A stretch of 64,000 nt of DNA from an uncultured virus (IMG/VR IMGVR_UViG_3300011471_000001) (lineage: Duplodnaviria > Heunggongvirae > Uroviricota > Caudoviricetes). The position numbers were made by a program, and so were the translations under genes. Where the stretch lies: the IMG/VR virus record IMGVR_UViG_3300011471_000001, positions 1 through 64,000 of that record. One strand, 5' to 3'. Below, piece by piece: positions 56,274-64,000 of the stretch. The notes beneath the pieces were generated by a model. The model had not been told where the DNA came from. It was given only the letters and a program-made list of their open reading frames with translations, and did no database searches. How positions within the stretch are numbered: the first letter of the stretch is position 1; every line of letters starts with the position of its first letter.

Positions 56274-57707
56274 TTACAGGTAGTTAATATCAAACGTGGA
56301 GTTAGCCACATCGAGATAGATAAAATCATTCAGCTGCAGGGCCGTTTTCATATCGTGCGGCGTCAGCTCATAGGAGATAAACAGGTTCAGCTCTTCAATC
56401 ACGCGCCACAAGTCTTTAACCTGCACTTGGGAGAAGTGTTTTCCGGCTGCAACGCCATTCTGATCGCTGTCACCAAACGTTGTGGCATTGCGTCCGAAAC
56501 GAACCTCCAGCGCCTCCTGAACGGCTTTCTTAGCGTCTGACAGAATGACGTTCTTCTTCGCCAGCGCGGTCAGTGAGATCGTAAATGGTTCCTCCTGTGT
56601 CGGGACGTAGCGGAATTTCTTGTTAATCTCATTAGGAATAGCCTTGATAGCCGTCATGATCATGATCTCAAGCTCAGCCTGCGTGTAGCCCGGCTTATGC
56701 CCGCAAAAGAAGATCGTGTTGATGTTGCTCAGCGACTTAATGCCGGTTGAAATCTCCTGCTCCTGCTCACCCCAGGCACTGATCCAGGACATACCCGGCA
56801 CTGCACGATTCAGGAAGTACTTATAGTCACCACCCCAGACTACCTGCTCGTCATACGCCACGTAGTACTGCGCCCGATTGCGCGTTTCCTCCGTGCTTTC
56901 GAAGCCGCTGCCGCCCGTGATTGGCGTCATGGTCACAACCTCGATCTTGCTGTTCATGTCAGCAATGTTGCCCGCTGGCGTCAGCTTCTGGCCCTGCGTC
57001 AGCGTGGTGTCGCCACGGCTACACCACACATCCAGATCGACTTTACTCCCGGTCTTCGGCATCTTGCCGATCGCACCGTCACCAAAGCGCACGCCCAGCT
57101 GCTCAGACGGTTTGTAAACCAGCACGTAATGTTGGCTGGATCCACGGGAAAGACGAAACAGCGGGTTATTTTCCCATAGCGATTTGTTCTCGTTTTCCGT
57201 CACAAACACATCCATAGAGACGGTTTCCTCCGTGATGTCACGCGGCAGCATTACCGTGTAAAACGGCGCTTCGGCGTCGATCGCGGATGACACGTTGACG
57301 TGTTCCATCTGGCGGACGTCGTTCACCACGACGCTGCCGCCAGCAGGGATGATCACCACGTCAGTTGTGACGTAGGGCAGCTGCGCATTGGACAGAAACT
57401 CCGCATAAATTGGCAGCTGAATGACTTCATCTGTTTTGTTGGTGATCTTCACACTGCCCCATGACGGCGTGATTAAATGGCCGAGATAGTTGCGATCTTC
57501 GGCTGCGGCCAGAATGCTTGAGCGCTTCGTTGCTGTTGAGATAAACCCCTCCGTCAGGCCGCGCTCAGCGGTAGTCTGCGCGGCGTAGATAATCTGCGCC
57601 CCAAACACGGCCATCATCTGAATGAACTGGCTGTTGGTAAATTTTCTCCACCAGCTGTTGGCCTGCAGCTGGCCGTTAAACTTTTCCAGTAATTCCTGAA
57701 TACTCAC
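56274..57707 (-). CDS. bplA: Baseplate wedge protein BplA
   Basis: RFGDG..G..P, GG...E..EE.R and DY motifs of baseplate J/gp6-like proteins. Confidence 0.8.
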   Translation of the reverse strand: MSIQELLEKFNGQLQANSWWRKFTNSQFIQMMAVFGAQIIYAAQTTAERGLTEGFISTATKRSSILAAAEDRNYLGHLITPSWGSVKITNKTDEVIQLPIYAEFLSNAQLPYVTTDVVIIPAGGSVVVNDVRQMEHVNVSSAIDAEAPFYTVMLPRDITEETVSMDVFVTENENKSLWENNPLFRLSRGSSQHYVLVYKPSEQLGVRFGDGAIGKMPKTGSKVDLDVWCSRGDTTLTQGQKLTPAGNIADMNSKIEVVTMTPITGGSGFESTEETRNRAQYYVAYDEQVVWGGDYKYFLNRAVPGMSWISAWGEQEQEISTGIKSLSNINTIFFCGHKPGYTQAELEIMIMTAIKAIPNEINKKFRYVPTQEEPFTISLTALAKKNVILSDAKKAVQEALEVRFGRNATTFGDSDQNGVAAGKHFSQVQVKDLWRVIEELNLFISYELTPHDMKTALQLNDFIYLDVANSTFDINYL

Positions 57708-57719
57708 AATTTACCCCGG

Positions 57720-58079
57720 TTAACTTTTGTTCATGGACACGGCCAGCGGGCCGTAAGATGTGATAAAGGTGATCTGCCACGTATCGACGTTCTGCGGCGC
57801 GCAGCGGATAGCTCGCAGACCCAGCCCTGGCAGATCGATACGCAGCTTTTTAATCAGTGCGGCCTCAATAGCGACTTCGGTTAAATGGCCGGTCTCAGAG
57901 CCGACTGGCTCATGTTTGTAGTCCTGCATGGTGTTACCCCATCCGGGCAGGCCGTAAACGCTGCCCTGCGGCGTCCTCAGCCATTCCTCAAGCCGGGCAA
58001 GCCAGGCGTCTGACTCCCCGGCTTTCACCACTACCCCGCCCTGATCTACGCGCATCAGGCAGTCAATTTCGTTTTGCAT
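57720..58079 (-). CDS. pmgA: PmgA (gp25-like baseplate protein)
   Basis: L.TP.GS..G.P.WG motif; synteny. Confidence 0.7.
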   Translation of the reverse strand: MQNEIDCLMRVDQGGVVVKAGESDAWLARLEEWLRTPQGSVYGLPGWGNTMQDYKHEPVGSETGHLTEVAIEAALIKKLRIDLPGLGLRAIRCAPQNVDTWQITFITSYGPLAVSMNKS

Positions 58080-58082
58080 GTG

Positions 58083-61000
58083 TTAGTCCTGCAGGAGTTC
58101 GTTGAGCGCCGGGTCGTTGATGCTCAGGGTTGATGACGTGCGGGGAGCTGGTTGCGCCGTGTTGACCACTTTGTCCGGTGCGGTATCGCTTTTCTTCTTC
58201 GTGACGCCCAGTAGTGCCTCCAGCTGGGTGCGCATGCCTTTCAGCTCTTTGAGCATGTCCTGATCGTGACTGTTGGTGTCACCGCTCATCATCGGACGCA
58301 TGCCGCTGCGCGGGAGATCGGTCACATTCTGGATCTGAGCCGGGTGATTCAGCAGAGGCTGCTGTACAGGCCTTGTCTGCGCCGCACTGGCGCCACTCAG
58401 GTATGACTTACCGGCGCTGGCCAGCGACTCAGTGCCACTGTCGAGCCAGCCGCCAGCCTTGCTTGTAAGTGGTGCAATGGCGCGGAGCATGCCGGGATCG
58501 GTAATGCCTGCCTGGTCCAGCACGCTGCTGATCATGTCGTTGCCGCTGAAGCCACCCAGTGTCTGACTGAATGTGTCACTAATGGCGGGCATGATCGAAG
58601 CGCTGACGGCGTTCACTCCATCTCTTGCACCCCCCAGCATGCGATCAAACAGGCCGCTGGACTCCAGTGCGGCGGCGGGTGTCAGGGTGCTGGCCACAGT
58701 GATCGGTGCATCAGAGGTTGCAGAGCCTGGACGGGCGCGCACGCTGCCGGTTGAGACGTGAGATATAGCAGCGGGACGTGAGCGGCTGGCAATCTGATCG
58801 GGCGCCAGCGCGGCCAGCTGGAGGCCCGCGGGAAGAGACTCACCACCAGGCAGGGACAGGCCGCTGGTAGGACGTTTGCGGGACATACCAGCCACGCCCA
58901 GGGATTCGGTTGCGCCCTGCACTTTCCCGTCAGCCCACTCATTCAGAGCTTTGACCTGCCCCCATGCACCTGCTCCAGCGTGTTTGATCTTGTCCGCCGC
59001 GCCGTTAGCCGGCTTATCCTTACCGGCTTCTTTTGCAGCAGCAACCTGCGAGGCCGTGGGCGCTGCCGGGGCCACTGCTTGCGATGCTGCAGGCGCTGGC
59101 ACGGGTACGGGTGCGGGTGCGGCGGCGGCCACTGCGCCAGCCGTCAGCTTCACTTTGTCGCCAGCAGAATAGAGTGAGTCCACCGCAACGGGTGCCTGGC
59201 CCTGCTTCGCACGCGCTTCATTCACCGACTTAAGGGATTCGTCACTGAATTTCCCGCCGACCCACTTGCCATTTTCATTGTGGCCGATGGCGTTCATCAT
59301 GAAGTCGTTTGTGACCTGCGGATTGCCGCCTTCGATGGTGGCAATGCCACGCATCATCTGCGTCATGACTTTAGGATCTTTGAGGTCCAGCTGCTGATCG
59401 CCACGCACGCCCAGCTTTTTCGATAGTGAGTCCACGTACTGTGATGTGTTGTTTTCACTCTCCGGCGCGTACAGCTTGATGATGTCCTGCACGGTATTCA
59501 GCTTCTTGTAACCAGCTGCTTTAGAGGTACCTTCTGAATAACTTGTCAGCTGATTCGCCAGCGCCCTGAATCCTTCCTCTGGCGTGTTGAACTTAGCGAA
59601 TCGGGCTTCACCTTTACCGTTTTTGGCCTCCAGGCTTGCGCCTTCCTGCCCCACATAATTCAGGTTGCCAAAGTTGTTGTTGCGGAAGGATCGGACCTTC
59701 GCATTTGCGCCGCCCACATTGAGATCTGCGCCGATGCTGTTTTGCGCCACGTCGGCATAATCAGCGGCGTTTTTGCCCTGCGTGCCTACGCCGTCCTCGC
59801 CCCACTCGCCACCCTGCAGCTGTGTACCGAGGCGGTTTATAGCCGTAACGGTTTTCGTGGTGCCATCGGTGATCGCCTTCGTCTGCTCCGCACTGGTGCC
59901 GGTCAGCTTGTCATAGATGCCTGATGCGCTGGTTGAGAAGGCGCTGAACATGTCGCCCACTTTGCTCAGCCCGGAATCCAGCCCTTTTGCAATGTCGCCG
60001 GTATCAAACGTCAGTGATTTAGCCACCCCGTCCATACCCAGCGCTGACGCTCCTGACGCGAGTAGCCCGGACGCGCCGGATACCAGCCCGCCCATGTTCA
60101 GCACGTTTGCTGCGGTGTACTCGCCCTTCTGTCTGCCGCTGACGGTAGCGCCTTCTTTGAGGCCAAAGGCCTTCTGCTGTCCCGCTGTGTCGTTGTAGCC
60201 TTCGTATGCGTCCATGCCTGCGCCGAGCACGGTTCCGACCAGCGGGATCGCTTTAAGCGCAGTTTTACCGGCGAGTTTACCGGCCACTTTCAGCCCGCCT
60301 TTTTCTGCGGTCTTCTCCGCTGCGGCTTCCGTGGTTTTTTCAGCGACTTTAATCCCGCCTTTTGCAGCGGTCTTCTCCGCTGCGGCTTCCGTGGTTTTTT
60401 CAGCGACTTTGATCCCGCCATTTGCAGCGGTTTTCTCTGCTGCAGCTTGTGTGGCTTTTTCACCTGCTTTAGCCGTTTCACTGCCCGCCATGCTGCCTGC
60501 GGCTATCGTTGTACCGGCTGCAGCCGTCGTCGCAGCTACGCCACCAATCGTTGCCGCTTTTTTGCCGCCTTTGAGAACACTCAGCGCTTTCGACAGCAGG
60601 CCTTTCTTTTTCGGTTTGGGTTTGGGTTTGGGTTTAGAGGTATCGGGCTTGCCTTTGCCGTCCGGCAGCAGATCACCAGCTACGTCAGCAACATCAGCAG
60701 CAGTTGAGAGCGCACCGCGTTTACGGCCGCGGCGTTTACGCCTGCCGGGGATCAGCGAATCCATGAGCCCGCCAGCTCCTTTCCCCGACACATGCGACAG
60801 CTTTTTAACCTCCTCCCGCACATCGTCCAGGGCATCCACAATGCGATCGTCATTGGCGGCGATCACTTTGGTCTGTTCCTGCGTTACCTGAATGGCTTTT
60901 GCCTGTTGAGTGGATTTAAAGCCATCAGCCGATTTTGGCTTGCCGATCGCTGGTGGCGTTCTGGCTTCGGTTGCCACTGGCGGGTGTGTCAACGGTGGCT

Positions 61001-61826
61001 CAATTTTCAGCGCAGCGTTGCCTTCGGTTTTACCCTGCATGAAGTTTTTCAGCGTCACGACGTTCTTTCCGACTTCGGCGGAAATGTCGTACATGCCTTT
61101 ACCCATCATCCATAGCGGACCACCAGCAGCCGTTCCAGCAATGTCTGCGCCGGAAGACATACCATCGCTGTTCGTTTCGGTGGCAGATTCCAGCATGCTA
61201 CTTAGGGAGCGGAAAAATCCCTGCTGCTGTTTTTGCTCAGCGCGCCGCGCATTTTTTTCCTGTGTTGCTGCTGATGCAGCCGCAGAATCACTCCGTGCTG
61301 TAAAGCGCCCATTTGAATCACGCCCGCCAGCGCTCACCTTTCTAGTGCCGTTTAAAGATACCTTTTCGGCCTCAATATTCCGTTTTAGTACTTTATCAGG
61401 GTTCTTTTTAAGCCCGTAGCCTCCTACAGGAACTAAATTGGCCCCAATAGATTCTTTTTGTGCCTTATAAAAGGCCTTTTTAGTGCTTTTATTATTACCC
61501 CATTCAGTTAAACGAACTGAATTGGATTTTCCCGTCCTATTTTGGCCCTTAATAAGGCTCTTTTTATGCCTATTTGGTTTTTTGTCAGAGTGGGGTAGCT
61601 TTCTGGTGTTCTCACTATTTTCCGGCTGTACATCATTTTGACCGGCGCTACGACGTGTCAGCGATCGCGTAACAGTCATCCCTGACGCGGCATTATTTCT
61701 GTCGGCGGAGGATGGCTGTCTCGTACCTGTGAGCGCATTGCGAATCAGGGTTAACTGTTTTAACTCTGCTTCGCTGGCTTTCTGAATTGCATCAATGATG
61801 CGGGCCTGATCCTGCTGCTTCATCAT
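58083..61826 (-). CDS. sit: Tape measure/structural injection protein with a lysozyme-like domain
   Basis: 1247 aa, Ala/Gly-rich; RNNNFGNL, FAKF.TPEEG and YAP.SENNT..Y motifs. Confidence 0.8.
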   Translation of the reverse strand: MMKQQDQARIIDAIQKASEAELKQLTLIRNALTGTRQPSSADRNNAASGMTVTRSLTRRSAGQNDVQPENSENTRKLPHSDKKPNRHKKSLIKGQNRTGKSNSVRLTEWGNNKSTKKAFYKAQKESIGANLVPVGGYGLKKNPDKVLKRNIEAEKVSLNGTRKVSAGGRDSNGRFTARSDSAAASAATQEKNARRAEQKQQQGFFRSLSSMLESATETNSDGMSSGADIAGTAAGGPLWMMGKGMYDISAEVGKNVVTLKNFMQGKTEGNAALKIEPPLTHPPVATEARTPPAIGKPKSADGFKSTQQAKAIQVTQEQTKVIAANDDRIVDALDDVREEVKKLSHVSGKGAGGLMDSLIPGRRKRRGRKRGALSTAADVADVAGDLLPDGKGKPDTSKPKPKPKPKKKGLLSKALSVLKGGKKAATIGGVAATTAAAGTTIAAGSMAGSETAKAGEKATQAAAEKTAANGGIKVAEKTTEAAAEKTAAKGGIKVAEKTTEAAAEKTAEKGGLKVAGKLAGKTALKAIPLVGTVLGAGMDAYEGYNDTAGQQKAFGLKEGATVSGRQKGEYTAANVLNMGGLVSGASGLLASGASALGMDGVAKSLTFDTGDIAKGLDSGLSKVGDMFSAFSTSASGIYDKLTGTSAEQTKAITDGTTKTVTAINRLGTQLQGGEWGEDGVGTQGKNAADYADVAQNSIGADLNVGGANAKVRSFRNNNFGNLNYVGQEGASLEAKNGKGEARFAKFNTPEEGFRALANQLTSYSEGTSKAAGYKKLNTVQDIIKLYAPESENNTSQYVDSLSKKLGVRGDQQLDLKDPKVMTQMMRGIATIEGGNPQVTNDFMMNAIGHNENGKWVGGKFSDESLKSVNEARAKQGQAPVAVDSLYSAGDKVKLTAGAVAAAAPAPVPVPAPAASQAVAPAAPTASQVAAAKEAGKDKPANGAADKIKHAGAGAWGQVKALNEWADGKVQGATESLGVAGMSRKRPTSGLSLPGGESLPAGLQLAALAPDQIASRSRPAAISHVSTGSVRARPGSATSDAPITVASTLTPAAALESSGLFDRMLGGARDGVNAVSASIMPAISDTFSQTLGGFSGNDMISSVLDQAGITDPGMLRAIAPLTSKAGGWLDSGTESLASAGKSYLSGASAAQTRPVQQPLLNHPAQIQNVTDLPRSGMRPMMSGDTNSHDQDMLKELKGMRTQLEALLGVTKKKSDTAPDKVVNTAQPAPRTSSTLSINDPALNELLQD
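60283..60450 (-). repeat. About three 60-bp tandem repeats encoding AAAEKTAAKGGIKVAEKTTE
   Basis: Lines 60301 and 60361 are nearly identical. Confidence 0.85.
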
Positions 61827-61990
61827 TCCGACCTGCTGTTAGTCTTTCTCATTTGCTCTGTGAGCGTGTTATTCATCTGAATGGCGCGCCATAACGGCAG
61901 TGCGTCAACGTCACCGACTGGCTGGCGTGCGGTCAGCGTCAGGTTGTCAATGATGGTTAGCCATCCATTGAGGTGAAAATCGTGGAACAA
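61823..61990 (-). CDS. Probable frameshift extension (GT-like) of the tail assembly chaperone
   Basis: Open +1 frame overlapping the end of pmgB; its TGA overlaps the sit ATG. Confidence 0.5.
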   Translation of the reverse strand: MFHDFHLNGWLTIIDNLTLTARQPVGDVDALPLWRAIQMNNTLTEQMRKTNSRSE

Positions 61991-62765
61991 AAAATCCAGA
62001 GCGAAATGGGATAAACAGTTGAGTGGTATTCATCTGCTTATCCTCCTTTTCGCAAGCGACGGGCGGGAGCAGAAGCCGGACTTCACCTTGTGTGATTTGC
62101 ATCAGCAAGCCGTGGCGCAGGTTGCGCTGCATCAGCTGGATATGAGCCACCAGCGGCGCGAACTCGAGATCGGGAACCATGCCTTCCAGAATGTCGAAGC
62201 GGCGATTTGCGGCCTCTTCAAAATCAGCTGGATCGTCATCCAGCTCGGTGCAAAGTGCGAACTCTGCAATACGCATGCGCATAATGGCGGTTTCATAATC
62301 CGGCGCGTCAGCATCCGGCAGACCGGCACGCATGCGCTCCAGCATTTCCTGCCCGCGCCCGGTCAAAGGCTTGAGCGTCCAATCAGTTGGTACGCCGTTT
62401 ACAGGGACATTCACGCGCTCAACGGGCTCGATGGTTAGCAGCTCAACGGTCTCCGCCAGTTTACTCAAATCAAAGTCATAGGTGTGCAGTTCCTGACAGT
62501 GCTCACAGCTGTAGTGAAACGCCTCCAGGTTGTCAGCGCGGCTGTTAATCATGATCCACCACAGCGCTGTGCGTCGCTCCTGTGCGGTCCAGTCGCGGCT
62601 GTCATTCATCGGACCTTCCTGCAGGGCATTCAGGTATTCCGTAACGCGCCGTTCGTCACCTAACATGTCGGGAGAGCAATATTTCAGGGCGTCTTTGATC
62701 ACCGGCTGTCGAAAGATGATTTCAGTGGCAGGGCGCGACGCCAGCGGCAGTGGAGGGATGATCAC
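61947..62765 (-). CDS. pmgB: PmgB, putative tail assembly chaperone
   Basis: Between tub and sit; CxxC motif. Confidence 0.65.
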   Translation of the reverse strand: MIIPPLPLASRPATEIIFRQPVIKDALKYCSPDMLGDERRVTEYLNALQEGPMNDSRDWTAQERRTALWWIMINSRADNLEAFHYSCEHCQELHTYDFDLSKLAETVELLTIEPVERVNVPVNGVPTDWTLKPLTGRGQEMLERMRAGLPDADAPDYETAIMRMRIAEFALCTELDDDPADFEEAANRRFDILEGMVPDLEFAPLVAHIQLMQRNLRHGLLMQITQGEVRLLLPPVACEKEDKQMNTTQLFIPFRSGFFVPRFSPQWMANHH

Positions 62766-62776
62766 AGTGTTGTCCT

Positions 62777-63499
62777 TCAGAATTTAATGAGGTTTGATGC
62801 GGATGATTGAACCTGGTTTGTAATTCCCCCTGTTACTCCTTTCAGCAGTCCGTTTGCGAGACTTCCGGCGCTGGTGTACTTCACAAATGTCACCGGAATG
62901 GTCGCAAACTCGCCCACGGCATCGCGGGCGCGAGAGATCTCGCCGATCGTGGTGATAAAGCCTTTCATTTCCTCTTCAAGTGAGGTGCGGCCGTCCTGTG
63001 AGACACGGTAGATCCGGATGTTGAGCAGGTAGGCTGGCGGCAGATTAAAGGTGCCGTCTCCGTTATGGATCCGCGCACGGCGCTCCTTAAACTTCTGCAG
63101 AATTTCGCCATCCTCGTTATCACGAACGGTCATCGAGACAGAGCCCGCCGTGATGTGAGTGGGCTTCACGGACTCGTTACCGCCGATCAGTTTGCTTTCG
63201 GTCTCAACGTTGCCCGTGCTGTAGGTGATATCTTTCACGTACATGTCCACGCGGGAGAAGCCGTCTATCTCGATGTTCCACTGCCAGCCCTGCGCGTACC
63301 GGATGCGCATAGCCAATTCGAGGATGGTTTTCGCGTTGGCCAGCTCAGGCGGCAGACCAGCATACGATGCGCCGGCGCCGCCGCTCATGGTGGCGGAGGC
63401 ACGGGACAGGATGTTAGAGATCAGGTTGCTTCCAGCCTGTTTTGCAGTGCTGGCAGCAAAGCCTTTGATGTTCCCGGCCAGACCGTTAAAAAAGCTCAT
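62777..63499 (-). CDS. tub: Tail tube-like protein Tub
   Basis: Synteny; beta-rich core. Confidence 0.6.
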   Translation of the reverse strand: MSFFNGLAGNIKGFAASTAKQAGSNLISNILSRASATMSGGAGASYAGLPPELANAKTILELAMRIRYAQGWQWNIEIDGFSRVDMYVKDITYSTGNVETESKLIGGNESVKPTHITAGSVSMTVRDNEDGEILQKFKERRARIHNGDGTFNLPPAYLLNIRIYRVSQDGRTSLEEEMKGFITTIGEISRARDAVGEFATIPVTFVKYTSAGSLANGLLKGVTGGITNQVQSSASNLIKF

Positions 63500-63508
63500 A
63501 GCGCCCCC

Positions 63509-64000
63509 TTACCAGGTGCTCATTGCGGGGATAATTGCCCGGCTGGCGGAGATCTGCATTTCCAGATCGGTTTTACGCTGGTGGAGCGTTGCCTCATCCG
63601 GCAGAAACGATGCGTCGAACTTACCGGCGATGTGCAGGCGGCGCAGACGCTCAACATTTGGAATGGCGATCAGCACTTCCAGGTAGTCTTCGAGCAGCCC
63701 GGTAATGTCTGCCGGTAGCTGTGTCTCTTCGTAATCGCAGTCACGGATATTGCGGAAGTAGAGCAGGGTAAACGGCCATTTCTCGCGGCCAGTCAGCTCA
63801 AGCTCAATGGTTGAATCGTAGGGATCGGCATACACCAGCGCGCCATTGAAATCGTTCACGTTTACCAGTGACAGGTAATCAGACGGAAAAGGGAGGCTTG
63901 CGCCCCCCAGTTTCTCAATGCGTTTACGGCCTGGTACACCGGCCCGATCCTGATAGACGCCGAGAGCCTGGCGGAGAAGGCTGGTTAATAACGCCTCTTC
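63509..64000 (-). CDS. pmgC: PmgC-like head-tail protein, 5' end outside the window
   Basis: Frame appears to stay open to the window edge; synteny. Confidence 0.55.
   Translation of the reverse strand, partial: EEALLTSLLRQALGVYQDRAGVPGRKRIEKLGGASLPFPSDYLSLVNVNDFNGALVYADPYDSTIELELTGREKWPFTLLYFRNIRDCDYEETQLPADITGLLEDYLEVLIAIPNVERLRRLHIAGKFDASFLPDEATLHQRKTDLEMQISASRAIIPAMSTW

Overview
This window is about 64 kb of a P1-like (Punavirus-related) phage-plasmid. The host is probably Pantoea or another Erwiniaceae member, inferred from a Cre-family recombinase next to a pox-like 34-bp site. Core P1 gene order is recognisable: cre/lox-like site/c1/pacB/pacA with an internal pac site, then lpa, lxc-ulx-darB, prt, pro, repL, lysozyme, ddrB-ddrA-darA-hdf-lydB-lydA, tail fibre, R, 16, bplA, pmgA, sit, pmgB, tub and pmgC. 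Two regulons can be read from the sequence: a repeated early operator (AAWTCTAARG-N6-TAATT) and a late-promoter motif (AAATTACA-N7-TAC). Departures from P1 include a ParM/ParR-type partition pair, a UmuD'-like gene plus umuC, a dUTPase, a HicA/B-like pair, a DxD glycosyltransferase and no Cin inversion system at the tail fibre locus. The most unusual elements are four. (1) A C4-type antisense RNA switch coupled to a Tad2/DUF2829-like gene rather than an antirepressor. (2) A ~2.4 kb early region packed with structured and tRNA-like RNAs. (3) An AT-rich DUF1353/amidase cassette bracketed by 24-bp palindromic sites. (4) A probable chaperone frameshift ahead of the tape measure gene. Homology calls rely on recalled motifs and synteny; no searches were run.
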